From the IMG/VR virus record IMGVR_UViG_3300028384_000043, positions 1-61,031 of that record: a DNA stretch of 61,031 nucleotides. One strand, 5' to 3'. This DNA comes from a virus (Duplodnaviria; Caudoviricetes). Both the position numbers and the translations under genes were made by a program. Shown here piece by piece: positions 18,238 to 32,748 of the stretch. The notes below the pieces were generated by a model that made no database searches, was not told the DNA's origin, and worked only from the letters and a program-made list of their open reading frames with translations. Positions within the stretch are counted from its first letter, which is position 1. Each line of letters starts with the position of its first letter.

Positions 18238-20379
18238 ATGGCAGAAAGAGTAGGCATATTAGGTAGGATAGGAGAGGCCCTTACTAATCCTACTACCCAA
18301 GAACAAAGACAAAGTATAGCTTTAAAAGAAGAGCAACGTCTTAGCAACCTTAGAGACGAAACTGAACTTACTAATTATTTACAATCCAATAACATTATTG
18401 ATCAAAGTGGTAATTTTGCATCTGATGAAGCTTTTAATAATCTTTTAGGAGATAGAGCTAGAAGTGTACAAGTCGCAAACGCTACAAACTCTATCGGCCA
18501 GTATAAAACTAAAAGCGGTAAAGTAGCACAAGGTAAAGTAGCTGGATTTGTTAAGAATGATGATAATTCTGTAAGTATAGTAATGCAAAGACCAGATGGT
18601 AAGTTTGCTCCAAAGACCTGGTTTTCAAGTGAAAACAATGATGACAGAGTAGTAACCTTAAGCCCTAAAGAGTTTAAAACTTTTATGACTCAAAACTACA
18701 GGGCTATTGACGCTAGAGTAAAACCCCTTAGAGGAGAAGCAACTACAAACCAACCAAATATAGATGAAATTGGGGCTTTAACAAACGAGATAGATAATGA
18801 TCCTGAATTATCCATGGAACAAAAACAAGAAGCTATTACAGAGTTAAACCAATTATTAGCTCCTAGTATAGACACAAGCACCATAGACCAAGTAGATCTA
18901 AACTTACCAACGCAATCTGTTGAACAACCTTTGACAGACGAAGAGGAATCAAAAGTTCAAGGTTTTAGTGTAGTAGACACTAGCTCTCCAGAAACACAAA
19001 GCGCGATAGCATTAATAAGTAATCTAAAACCGGAAACTATTTTATCTGACGATGAGGTAGTGACTTTGTCACAAGGCTTAAGTAAAGGATTTAGGTCTGC
19101 TTTTGTTAATCAATACAAGTTTGGCCAAGCACAGTTGCAGGCGAACCAACGTAAGATAGATCAAGCAGATGAAAGGGCTAAACCTAAGCTAGAGCAGCAA
19201 AGAGAATTATTACTTAAAAGACAACAAGCAAGAATAGATAAGGTTAGCAAAAATATACAAGACGATTCAGCTACTAGACAGACTGCTAGAGACACCGTAA
19301 AAGCAGATAAAGATCAAAAACGTACAGCAGTCGAACAACAATTAGCTAATCCAAACCTATCTGATGCAAGACGAAAAGAACTGCAAGATGAGTTTGATGC
19401 TATGCAACCTAAAGTAGAAGTGCAGTCTAGCCTGGAGACTTATAACTTTACAGAGTTACCGACTTCTGCAGATGATACTGAAGCTTTTACAAGCTGGTTT
19501 GAAACAAACAAAGCAGAGTTAGAAAAAGCAAGTAAAGATGGCGATTTAGTTAATAAAGTAAAAGACGTTATCACTAAGTTTGACGTACAGAGTGCAGAAG
19601 ACGTAGATAAAATACCTTTTGACACTCCTGAAGCAAATGGTTTAAGTAGGTTTACTATGGCTAATGTCATGGCTGGTAATACTAGTGTTGATAAAGATGG
19701 TAGGGTACCTAACTATGCAGCACAGTTAGCAGGCAACATGCAGATATTTGATGCCTATGGTACTCAAGCAAGAGCTGCAGCAACTTTCGCACAGAACACC
19801 ATTACTTGGAAAAACGCTTTAAATGACAGAGCAGATAAATTAGCTAATGAAGTTATAACTTCTTACTCTAATGTTGTAGATATTTTATACCCTATGGATG
19901 ATAAAGGTAGAATCTCTGAAAGAGATATAAGAGACCAAGGTGTAACTCAGCGTCTACGAGAAGAACTTTTAAAAGTAGAGAAAAATTTAACTACACCTAA
20001 ATTTACACCAGATGGCAAAGGTGGATATAAGATACAAGGTGGCACTAAAGCTGGTAGAGACGCATCAAAAGACATTGCAGGTATTTTATTTGAGAGACTT
20101 GTACAAGCAAATGGGTCTGCAGATGTAAAAGACTGGTTTGGTGACGTGTTTACACAAAGAGGAGAATCTCCTGACTTAGGGCAGATACTAGATAGGGTTA
20201 GGTATACTAGAAATAGCAAAGGTCAAATAGACGAAATATTCTATGTAGACGCACAACAAAACGAACTAGATGGTAGTATTAAACTAGGTGGACTTATAGG
20301 CGGATTTGGTCAAGAGGGTTCTTATGCCCGTAATCTGTTATTAGCATTTATAAACGAAGATGGCAGACTTAAAGAATAA
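18238..20379 (+). CDS. Putative internal virion protein
   Basis: About 713 aa, coiled-coil rich; position. Confidence 0.6.
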   Translation: MAERVGILGRIGEALTNPTTQEQRQSIALKEEQRLSNLRDETELTNYLQSNNIIDQSGNFASDEAFNNLLGDRARSVQVANATNSIGQYKTKSGKVAQGKVAGFVKNDDNSVSIVMQRPDGKFAPKTWFSSENNDDRVVTLSPKEFKTFMTQNYRAIDARVKPLRGEATTNQPNIDEIGALTNEIDNDPELSMEQKQEAITELNQLLAPSIDTSTIDQVDLNLPTQSVEQPLTDEEESKVQGFSVVDTSSPETQSAIALISNLKPETILSDDEVVTLSQGLSKGFRSAFVNQYKFGQAQLQANQRKIDQADERAKPKLEQQRELLLKRQQARIDKVSKNIQDDSATRQTARDTVKADKDQKRTAVEQQLANPNLSDARRKELQDEFDAMQPKVEVQSSLETYNFTELPTSADDTEAFTSWFETNKAELEKASKDGDLVNKVKDVITKFDVQSAEDVDKIPFDTPEANGLSRFTMANVMAGNTSVDKDGRVPNYAAQLAGNMQIFDAYGTQARAAATFAQNTITWKNALNDRADKLANEVITSYSNVVDILYPMDDKGRISERDIRDQGVTQRLREELLKVEKNLTTPKFTPDGKGGYKIQGGTKAGRDASKDIAGILFERLVQANGSADVKDWFGDVFTQRGESPDLGQILDRVRYTRNSKGQIDEIFYVDAQQNELDGSIKLGGLIGGFGQEGSYARNLLLAFINEDGRLKE

Positions 20380-23300
20380 TGTTGCAGGAAGTCTTGCTAC
20401 CAAAGACCCGGTACCTGATGAAGCAGTTGTAGGTACTTTAGCAAGTACTCCTAGCGCCCCAGAAATAATTCCTATAGACGATCCGATACAGTTGTTTAGA
20501 GCAGCTGTAGATACCGGTGTCTCTAATACAGCAGCTCAAGTAAATAATTTTAATGCATCTATTGCTTCCTTTATGGGCAATGAAAAAGACATGCAGGACA
20601 ATTTAAATAAAGCACAAAGAATACAAAGTTCTGGTGCTTACTATTTGGCAGATGCAGAAACGTTTGAACAGTTCTTAGATCAACCTACTTTTGGCGGGTT
20701 TATTAACCAAGCAATCACTGCAACAGGTCAGTTTGTGCCGTCTGCGGTAGCTAGTATTGCTTTAGCTATGACAGGCGCTGGTGTAGGTGCAGGGGTAACA
20801 GCAGCTGTAACTAGAAAAGCAGGAGCAGGGGCTTTAAAGAAAACTATTATTCCACAAAGTATTGCAGCTGACGCTCGTACTAAAAAAGAAGTACGAACTG
20901 TTATAGACAAATTTGTAGCTATAGAAGCTAACAAAGCTAAAAAAACACCTAGTAAATTAGACCCACTTACTCCTGATGAGCAAAAGATGATTGATAATCT
21001 GTATGCTCACATACGTAATAAAAGAATAGGCACAGCTGCAAAAGCAGGGGGTCTCGTCGGTGCAGGGTCGCAAGAACAAGTTATGGGACAAGGTATTGCT
21101 TTTGGTGAGTATGCAAAACAAGGTATGACTGATAAAGATGCAGTTCTTGCTTCTGGTTTACAGGGCCTTGGTTTTACCGCCATAGGTTTAGGTAGTGAAG
21201 TAGCAGTATTTAAATCAGTGCAGAATGTAGTCAAGGCTAGGGCACCTAAAGGTATAAATACTCGTCAAGATGCACCGGTAATGAGTAGAAGAAGCAGGAT
21301 TGCACAAGTTGCAGGTACTACTGCTGTAGCAGAAGGGTTAGCAGAAGCGGGACAAGAAGAACTATCCGTACAACAAAAATTTAGAATAGACGACGATTAC
21401 ACGCAACAGATGGCAAACTTAGATAGAGCGAACGCTTTGTTTGCTGGTTTCTTTGGTGGTATAGGTGTAGGTACTGCGATTGGTACACCATCTGCTGTAT
21501 CCGGTAAGATGTATGATCTTTCACAAAAAGCACGTGAACAGTTTAACCAAGGTGTGTTTGATGAGGCTACTGGTGAGGTTCTACCAGAAAAAGAAACAGA
21601 TCTAAGAGCACAGTTTGAAGCTATGGATAATCCTGGTATTAACAAAGATATGGTTTGGTCAGTAGAAGCGAACAGAAAAACCATGCAAAAGCTAGAAAAA
21701 GAACTCAATGAAAAATATCCAAATGTACAAGCTGTAGATATAAACAGAGTAGGCACTTTGTACACCACTAACCCAGAGAAAGCTGAAGGTTTTGCTAATG
21801 TTATGTCTGCAAACCCCCTTAATAGACAGCTCTTAGACCAATGGCTGGCCGATAATAATGGCTACTCACAAGCTAGGGCCCCAGGAGATAATTATGCAGT
21901 TAGGGTAGAAGATGCTAACGGCAATGTTATTTGGGAGCAATCTACAACAAAAGAAAACCTAGCAAAAGCAGAAGCAGCTGCAGAAGCTGTAGCTAATAAG
22001 CAACCAGGTTTTACTGTTAAGTCTAAAGAGTTAGAAGAAGTCATAGGCGAACGTATGCAGGATGAAGGCCTAGACCCTAACGAACAAGAAGATTCTTTTT
22101 TAACAGCTGAACAAGAAATAGGTAATATCTACGATGTACAAGAACCAGCGGCAGTAGAAGAGGGTAGAGGTTCTTTTCTTGACCCGATAACACCTAGACA
22201 ACAAGGTAAACAGGTATGGCAGATACCTTCTACTGACATAACTTACGACCAAGCTTTAGTAGAAGAAGCTAAGTCTTTAGTCCCTGCAGAGTTTGAAAGA
22301 GAGTTTGAAGAAAATATAAATAAAAAAAGATACTCAGAAAGTTTACTAAAAACATTTATAGATGAGAATGTAAAGGATCCTACTGGTGCTTTTTATAAAA
22401 TAAACGAAAATACTGATAGGGGTGGTTTTAATTTAATTAAGTACAATATGGGTTATCAGTCAGGTGTTAGTCAACCTAGTACTGCTGATATTACAAAGAG
22501 TGTTAACCTTGCAAAAAGAAGAGCAAAGGGTAGTAGGTTTACTATAGAAACTCCTGAAATGGACAAGCCAGTGGGTATAGATATGCCAACGCTACTAAAT
22601 CAAGGTAGAGTTCTCGCTAAAAGATTTAAAGAACCCATGCTTGATGGAGATCTTGGTAGCGCTTTGTCTGGTCTTTCTTTTATTTTAGGAGCTTTAGAAG
22701 GTAACTATGCTATTTATTATGATGGCAAACTTTTGAGCGATGAAACTCTTAACGACCCTGGGGCTTTTGTTTATACAAAAAACAAAGGTAAAGAAAGATA
22801 TACTTTACAAGACTTACAAAGAGCAAGTCGTAATATACCTAGTGATCCTGACTTTGTAGATAGAGACCTTCTTCTTGGCCAAGATTTTAAAGAAAATCAA
22901 GAAATGTTAGAAGCTCAAATAGAAGACCAAAAGAAAAAAATAAAAGAAAGAGAAGAAAATCCAATTTCTGATTTTACTAGTAGCACAGGGGAGACAGTTA
23001 CTCAACAAAGTGTACTTCAAAAAATGGATGCTAAACTAGTAAGACTAGAGCAACAGCTAGAACAAGCCAGAGGAGAAGCGCAACAAGAAACATCTGAGGC
23101 AACTACCCCAGATCAAAGAGCAGAGGATGAATATAATAGGCGTTTATTTAAAAACCCATATGCTAAAGGTTCTTTTAAACAAGGTGGACCTAAGCCTGGA
23201 ATATATTTTAGTAGCGTAGTAGAACAACATCTGGATTCTACTTTCTTACAAGATTTTAAACGTATTGCTACAACTAAATTAGGGCTTACTAAACCTTATA

Positions 23301-25945
23301 GAATATTTAGCACTACCGAAGATATAACAGCTGAAGCTTTAGACGGAGATGTAGATTTAGCAAATAGAGTACAAGCTGCTCTCGGACAGATGGGCCCAGA
23401 AGGATCTACACGAGGTATGAATATAAACGGTGCAAATTTTGACGTTATACTTGTTCAGACTAGAGAAGGGCTAAATGCAGCAGAACAAGGATCAAGAGCA
23501 TTTGTTGTTGCACACGAAATAGGTCATTCTTTTGTAAATCAAGAATTAGAAAAGAGTTTAAGTATTCCTAAGTTGAGAGAAGGTTTGCTTGATGCCTACA
23601 ATGAAGAACTGCAAAACAATGACACAGGTCAGTACACAAATGATGAGCAAGGCTTTAAAGAATGGATGTCCGACCAGGTAGGTTCGTATCTACTTGATGA
23701 AACTAAAAAAGCTCAAAATCAAACAGACTCTTTTTTCAAACGGTTAGCTAATAAGATAAGAGCTTTTGTAAAAGAATTTAGTAGTTTTGCTAACAGAAGA
23801 TACAACGTAGCTCCTGCTTTTGCTGACTATGTAACTGAACTAAAAAGAATCAATACAGACCCTGGTCACTTTATGGTTAACTATTTGACCAGAGCTGAGA
23901 TAGAACAAACAGTAGAGAAGATAGGCAAAGAGATACCTTTGGGTGATCCTAAAGCACCACAAAAAATACAACAGACTGTCAATAGATTAAAAGAAACAGG
24001 GAACATAGTTGGTGTAGGGGAGTTTTTAAAAGTAGTTTTATACGCAAAAGATAATTTACTTAGGGGCTATGGCAAGCCTGGTAAAGCTTTAGCGCAAATG
24101 TTTAGAGGGCAATCACAAAGTCAAGAAGAAGTAGGATTACTTACTGCAACTGTAACTAGGGCTAGAGCAAAAATGAATGAGATACAAGCTATCCTAGGCG
24201 TAACTAAAAGCGGTGATATGACTGAAGATAAAATGAAAATTCTTTTAGATGCAGAAAACAATGATATTCCTACAGAACAACTAGGGCCACAGGCCAAACA
24301 AATAAGAGAGTGGCTGGATAGACATTATGAATCAGAAGATTTAAAAGCCATAGGCGTAGATAAGTTATCTAACTTCTTCCCACGCTCCATAGCTATACAA
24401 GAGATAGCAGGGGATGATGGTAAGAAAGAAGCATTGGCTAATCTACTTATGGAATACAATCCAGGTTTAACAAAAGAACAAGCAGATTTAAGCGTAGAAA
24501 TTACCCTTTCAGATGCTACAAATGAAATAGAATTAGCAGTTTTAAAACAAGCAGAAGAATTAGGAACAGTAAAAGAAACTCTTGAAGAGCTTAAAAAAGA
24601 AAGGAATCTACCTTCACATGCAAGATATTCTTTAGGTTTAACAAAAGCTAGGGTAAAGCTTTACTCTAGAATACCTACAAAACGTTTAAGAGACATAGAA
24701 GTTTTAGAAGATCCACATAGAGCGTTGCAAAAATATATTGATAATACTGTCAAAAAAGTAGAATTAAATAAAAGAGGTGGGTCAAAAAGAATAGAAGAAC
24801 TTCTTAAGCAAATAGAAAACCCACAACAAAGAGAACAAGCTACAAAAACAGTACTCGCTATGTTAGGTAAAGTAGAACCTATTTCAAATGGAATGTTTAA
24901 AGGCGCCAATCAGATAGGTTTAGCATTTAACGTTACTACTCTTTTAACCTTTGCTACGTTTGCTTCTTTCCCAGATTTAGCTGGTCCTATACTTAGGTCT
25001 AAAGACTTTGGGGCTTTGCGTACTGCAACTAAAACTATTTTTAACATGATTCAAGATAAAGAAGAAGCAGCACAACTTGCTAAAGATATAGGAGTTGTTG
25101 GCATTGATGCTATGATGGAAACCTTTGTAGGCGCTGGAGAACTAGATTACACAAGCGAAGGCACTAAAAAGTTTACAAATAAGTTTTTTAGAGCTATAGG
25201 ACTAGAACAATTTACTAGATTTACTAGGATTTTTGCAGCCGGTATGGGTAAGTCTTTTTTATTAGATAACGCTAAAAAAGCAGCAGCAGGTAATCAAAGG
25301 TCTGTAAGATATCTAAAAGAGTTAGGCTTAACAGCGGAAGAAGTAAACAAATGGGCTGGCGGTAACATCAATGAAGCAGGCAACGAGAAGATAAAACTAG
25401 CTTTAGCTAGGTTTGTAGATGAGTCTATTGTAAGACCTAATGCAGCAGAAAGACCTACTTGGGCCTCTGATCCTAGGTTTGCTTTAGTGTGGCAGTTAAA
25501 GTCTTTCTTTTATGCATATGGTAAAACTATCGTAGGTGGTTCTATGAATGAAATGCAAAACAGGTACACAGAAGCAGGACTAAAAGGCGCAGCTGTACCT
25601 TTGTTCCTGGGCGCTGCTACTTTACTACCTTTGACTATGCTTGGGTTTGACCTACGTGAAAGATTTAAAGTTGGCTTAGCTTGGGTTTTACCAGGAGTAA
25701 GTCCAGATGATAAGAACTATAGAAGGTCACAAGACATGGATTGGGGCGAGTATACTACAGAGATTATAGATAGATCAGGAGTACTCGGGCCCTTTACTTT
25801 AGCGCTTCCTTTGTTTATGGAAGATAAAAGGTATGGAGACCCTATGTGGGTAGGACCTCTTGGCCCTACTGTAGAAAAAGGGTATGATTTATTTACGGGA
25901 GACTTAAGGCTCAAAGACTTAACTCCTCTTTATAACAATTTATAG
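20360..25945 (+). CDS. Large internal virion/ejection protein with a zincin-like motif
   Basis: 1861 aa; Gly/Ala-rich hydrophobic N-terminal stretches; AHEIGH...EWMSD. Confidence 0.7.
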   Translation: MADLKNNVAGSLATKDPVPDEAVVGTLASTPSAPEIIPIDDPIQLFRAAVDTGVSNTAAQVNNFNASIASFMGNEKDMQDNLNKAQRIQSSGAYYLADAETFEQFLDQPTFGGFINQAITATGQFVPSAVASIALAMTGAGVGAGVTAAVTRKAGAGALKKTIIPQSIAADARTKKEVRTVIDKFVAIEANKAKKTPSKLDPLTPDEQKMIDNLYAHIRNKRIGTAAKAGGLVGAGSQEQVMGQGIAFGEYAKQGMTDKDAVLASGLQGLGFTAIGLGSEVAVFKSVQNVVKARAPKGINTRQDAPVMSRRSRIAQVAGTTAVAEGLAEAGQEELSVQQKFRIDDDYTQQMANLDRANALFAGFFGGIGVGTAIGTPSAVSGKMYDLSQKAREQFNQGVFDEATGEVLPEKETDLRAQFEAMDNPGINKDMVWSVEANRKTMQKLEKELNEKYPNVQAVDINRVGTLYTTNPEKAEGFANVMSANPLNRQLLDQWLADNNGYSQARAPGDNYAVRVEDANGNVIWEQSTTKENLAKAEAAAEAVANKQPGFTVKSKELEEVIGERMQDEGLDPNEQEDSFLTAEQEIGNIYDVQEPAAVEEGRGSFLDPITPRQQGKQVWQIPSTDITYDQALVEEAKSLVPAEFEREFEENINKKRYSESLLKTFIDENVKDPTGAFYKINENTDRGGFNLIKYNMGYQSGVSQPSTADITKSVNLAKRRAKGSRFTIETPEMDKPVGIDMPTLLNQGRVLAKRFKEPMLDGDLGSALSGLSFILGALEGNYAIYYDGKLLSDETLNDPGAFVYTKNKGKERYTLQDLQRASRNIPSDPDFVDRDLLLGQDFKENQEMLEAQIEDQKKKIKEREENPISDFTSSTGETVTQQSVLQKMDAKLVRLEQQLEQARGEAQQETSEATTPDQRAEDEYNRRLFKNPYAKGSFKQGGPKPGIYFSSVVEQHLDSTFLQDFKRIATTKLGLTKPYRIFSTTEDITAEALDGDVDLANRVQAALGQMGPEGSTRGMNINGANFDVILVQTREGLNAAEQGSRAFVVAHEIGHSFVNQELEKSLSIPKLREGLLDAYNEELQNNDTGQYTNDEQGFKEWMSDQVGSYLLDETKKAQNQTDSFFKRLANKIRAFVKEFSSFANRRYNVAPAFADYVTELKRINTDPGHFMVNYLTRAEIEQTVEKIGKEIPLGDPKAPQKIQQTVNRLKETGNIVGVGEFLKVVLYAKDNLLRGYGKPGKALAQMFRGQSQSQEEVGLLTATVTRARAKMNEIQAILGVTKSGDMTEDKMKILLDAENNDIPTEQLGPQAKQIREWLDRHYESEDLKAIGVDKLSNFFPRSIAIQEIAGDDGKKEALANLLMEYNPGLTKEQADLSVEITLSDATNEIELAVLKQAEELGTVKETLEELKKERNLPSHARYSLGLTKARVKLYSRIPTKRLRDIEVLEDPHRALQKYIDNTVKKVELNKRGGSKRIEELLKQIENPQQREQATKTVLAMLGKVEPISNGMFKGANQIGLAFNVTTLLTFATFASFPDLAGPILRSKDFGALRTATKTIFNMIQDKEEAAQLAKDIGVVGIDAMMETFVGAGELDYTSEGTKKFTNKFFRAIGLEQFTRFTRIFAAGMGKSFLLDNAKKAAAGNQRSVRYLKELGLTAEEVNKWAGGNINEAGNEKIKLALARFVDESIVRPNAAERPTWASDPRFALVWQLKSFFYAYGKTIVGGSMNEMQNRYTEAGLKGAAVPLFLGAATLLPLTMLGFDLRERFKVGLAWVLPGVSPDDKNYRRSQDMDWGEYTTEIIDRSGVLGPFTLALPLFMEDKRYGDPMWVGPLGPTVEKGYDLFTGDLRLKDLTPLYNNL

Positions 25946-25957
25946 GTATAATTAGTT

Positions 25958-26332
25958 ATGGCTTACTCAGACACAATAAAATTCGTAGTAGGAGATACAC
26001 TACCGTCTTTAGAGTTTACTCTAAAAGACAGCAACACTGCTGCTGCTGGTTTGACATTAGACACAGAAAACTCAGATACATGGGCACCAATAGACCTAGG
26101 CGGCGGCTCTGTAAAACTTAGAGTACGAGAAGTCGGACAAACTACACTGATCCAAACAATAACTGGCACGATAACCGATGCTTCAAATGGTAAAGTAACT
26201 TGCTCTATTCCAAGTGGAACTTGGACTGCAGCAGGAACATTTGAAGGCGAGATAGAATATACAACTTCAGGAGGAGGTATACATACTGTTCAGGACTTGA
26301 TTAAATTCAAGGTCAGAGACGACTTTGATTAA
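25958..26332 (+). CDS. BppU-N-like tail/fibre adaptor
   Basis: GDTLP.LEFTL.D, IDL, NGKV, G.FEGEIE. Confidence 0.6.
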   Translation: MAYSDTIKFVVGDTLPSLEFTLKDSNTAAAGLTLDTENSDTWAPIDLGGGSVKLRVREVGQTTLIQTITGTITDASNGKVTCSIPSGTWTAAGTFEGEIEYTTSGGGIHTVQDLIKFKVRDDFD

Positions 26333-27417
26333 TGTCTAAGTTAAAGAGCATAGTCTCATTCGTCGATCTCAAAGGTGAGGTCGCACACGTTGACCTACGG
26401 GGTCAAGTTTCTCACGTTCAATTAAGATTTGCAGACCTATATCTAAACCCAGATACTGTAGATAGATTACTTTCTGATAGCTTTAGTATGACTGAAGCTT
26501 TGGTCTACACTATAGCAAAAGACATACGACCAGAAGTTTTCTTCATGGATGAAGAACACGCTATTGAGCTATCTAAGCCTTTTGCAGACAGCTTTGGTAT
26601 AACAGAAAGCATAGACATACTTAGAACTTTTGGTAGAAGCTTTGCTGACACAGCTACTATGTCAGATACACCTGTCGTGTCATTCTCTGGGGCACATACG
26701 GATGCCGTGTCCGTAGCAGAAATATTAGCTTATGCCATAGATAAAGCCCTATCTGATACAGCTACTATGTCAGATAGCCCATCTTTAGAACCTAACTTAG
26801 GTAAAACAGATAGTGTTAGCATGTCAGAAGTATTCTCTAGAGTAGTTACTTTTGAACGTTCATTTAGTGATGCTATATCCTTAGACGATAGAACTTCTTT
26901 ATCAGACCCATTAGCTACTGACGTAGCAGCAGACAAAACAAATGTCATGTCTATATCTGATGTGCTTACGTACGATTGGGCTAAAGCCAGGACTGACACG
27001 TTTAGTATGGTAGAGAGCCATGCTATAGACTTTGTTCCAGGGGGGTATACAGATTCATTTAGTTTTGCTGATAGCGAAACAATAGATACAAGTTTAAGTA
27101 AATCTGATAGCTTTAGTTTCGCAGATAGTGAGACACTATCTAATGCTTTAGGTAAGTCAGATAGCTTTAGTTTTACAGATAACCAAGAGTTATCTACCAG
27201 TTTAAACAAGTCTGATAGTGTTAGTTTTGCTGATGCACAAGCATTGGCTAGTGCTATCGCTAAGTCAGACAGTTTAAATATTACCGAAACTCATTCATTT
27301 AGTCTTGGTAAATCAGCACAAGATAGTGCTACAATAAGTGAGTCGATAAGTATTCTGAATGCTAATAGACAAAGCGCTCTGAATGCATCGGCTTTAAATA
27401 GTAATACACTTAACTAG
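26332..27417 (+). CDS. Repetitive virion structural protein
   Basis: Roughly 19-aa repeats of the form L.KSDSFSFADSE. Confidence 0.65.
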   Translation: MSKLKSIVSFVDLKGEVAHVDLRGQVSHVQLRFADLYLNPDTVDRLLSDSFSMTEALVYTIAKDIRPEVFFMDEEHAIELSKPFADSFGITESIDILRTFGRSFADTATMSDTPVVSFSGAHTDAVSVAEILAYAIDKALSDTATMSDSPSLEPNLGKTDSVSMSEVFSRVVTFERSFSDAISLDDRTSLSDPLATDVAADKTNVMSISDVLTYDWAKARTDTFSMVESHAIDFVPGGYTDSFSFADSETIDTSLSKSDSFSFADSETLSNALGKSDSFSFTDNQELSTSLNKSDSVSFADAQALASAIAKSDSLNITETHSFSLGKSAQDSATISESISILNANRQSALNASALNSNTLN

Positions 27418-27425
27418 GAGAAATT

Positions 27426-27851
27426 ATGTTAAATGACGGCTTAAAATTAACAGGTAAATTAACAATTGCCCTCAATGATGAGATCGTTCAAGAAGTTCCT
27501 AACTTAGTTGTTACTGCAGGAAAGGAATACGTAGCTAGTAGAATCAAAGATGCTACTGCTACAGCTATGTCCCACATGGCGATTGGTACTGGGTCAACAG
27601 CGGCAGCTGCTTCTCAAACTGCTTTAGGCAGTGAGTCAGCTAGGACTGGTTTGACATCCACAACTGTATCAGGTGCTGACATTGTTTATGTCGACACTTT
27701 TGCAGCTGGAACAGGCACAGGCGCTATAACAGAAGCTGGTATTTTTAATGCTTCTTCTAGTGGAACTATGTTATGTAGAACCGTTTTCTCAGTAGTTAAC
27801 AAAGGTGCTTCAGACGCTATGACAATTACCTGGACGGTAACTGTTTCGTAA
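27426..27851 (+). CDS. Tail fibre-associated structural protein
   Basis: NLVVTAG, MAIGTG, ITEAGIFNA, TW.VT. Confidence 0.7.
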   Translation: MLNDGLKLTGKLTIALNDEIVQEVPNLVVTAGKEYVASRIKDATATAMSHMAIGTGSTAAAASQTALGSESARTGLTSTTVSGADIVYVDTFAAGTGTGAITEAGIFNASSSGTMLCRTVFSVVNKGASDAMTITWTVTVS

Positions 27852-27856
27852 TATAA

Positions 27857-31694
<3,838 letters not shown>

Positions 31695-31708
31695 ACACAG
31701 GAGGTGTT

Positions 31709-32275
31709 ATGAATTCAATTTGGCAGATGTGGCACGGGGGTGTTAGCCCTACAGTTTGCGACAAAATAATTTTAGAGTGCGAACAATTACGTCCTATGGA
31801 AGCCCATGTAGGCTTCGGAACAGGCAGTGAAAAAAACGTAGATAGAGGTGTTAGGCGTTCTGAAGTACGTTGGGCTGGCCATATAAAATGGATCAATGAG
31901 TTAGTATACGACTTTGCTTCTCGTGCTAATAAAGCTGCGTTCGGTTTCGATATTTCTTATTTAGAAGACATTCAATACACTATATACAACGGCACTGACG
32001 AAGGTTACTATGATTGGCATTTTGATACATTTTGGGCTAACCACACAGCGTTTGATAGGAAATTAAGTTTGATTATACAACTAAGTAACCATGGAGATTA
32101 TGAAGGCGGTGAGTTTTTATTAGATGGTCAATACGAACAACCAAATCCAACAGAGCTAAAAGCACGAGGGACTGTGCTTTGCTTTCCATCACCTATACGA
32201 CATACAGTAAAACCAGTAACTAGTGGCGTGCGTAAATCTTTAGTAGCCTGGATAGAAGGACCGAAGTTTAGATGA
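31709..32275 (+). CDS. 2OG-Fe(II) oxygenase (prolyl-hydroxylase-like family)
   Basis: YDWHFD, RKLS, YEGGEF, H.VKPVTSG.R.SLV.W. Confidence 0.9.
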   Translation: MNSIWQMWHGGVSPTVCDKIILECEQLRPMEAHVGFGTGSEKNVDRGVRRSEVRWAGHIKWINELVYDFASRANKAAFGFDISYLEDIQYTIYNGTDEGYYDWHFDTFWANHTAFDRKLSLIIQLSNHGDYEGGEFLLDGQYEQPNPTELKARGTVLCFPSPIRHTVKPVTSGVRKSLVAWIEGPKFR

Positions 32276-32748
32276 TTATAGTAGTAGATAAAGTCTTTTA
32301 CCCTGCAACCTTAGAGACTATAAATAACGAAAACAAACACACTTATTTTAGAAAAGAAGAAGAACATGACAACGGTATAGTTGCTAGACGTCTTATGAAT
32401 ACAGCAGCTAACTATTTTAATTTTGACAATCAAGTAGGCTATGACATTTGGTTTCATAGAAATGGTATGCCAGACTGGCACCAAGACAGAGATGAACAAA
32501 CATTTTTTAAAACAGGGCAAAGTCATTTTCCTATATGTTCTATAGTGTTTTACCCACATGTAAAAGACCTAGTAGGCGGTGAGCTTATATTTAAAAACAA
32601 CATGCGTATAACACCGGTGTCAAATAGACTTGTCATGTTTGGTCCTGGACTAGAACACAAAGTTACACCTATACAAAGTGGAGAAAGAGTATCTATGAAT
32701 ATAAACTCTTGGAACTACGACATAGAAGTAGCTACGGAATTTAATTAA
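32272..32748 (+). CDS. 2OG-Fe(II) oxygenase
   Basis: WHQD, GGEL, NRLVMF, H.V, R.S. Confidence 0.85.
   Translation: MIIVVDKVFYPATLETINNENKHTYFRKEEEHDNGIVARRLMNTAANYFNFDNQVGYDIWFHRNGMPDWHQDRDEQTFFKTGQSHFPICSIVFYPHVKDLVGGELIFKNNMRITPVSNRLVMFGPGLEHKVTPIQSGERVSMNINSWNYDIEVATEFN

Noticed and set aside
20360-25945. N4-like virion RNA polymerase
   Set aside because: About half the expected size and no single-subunit RNAP motifs recognised
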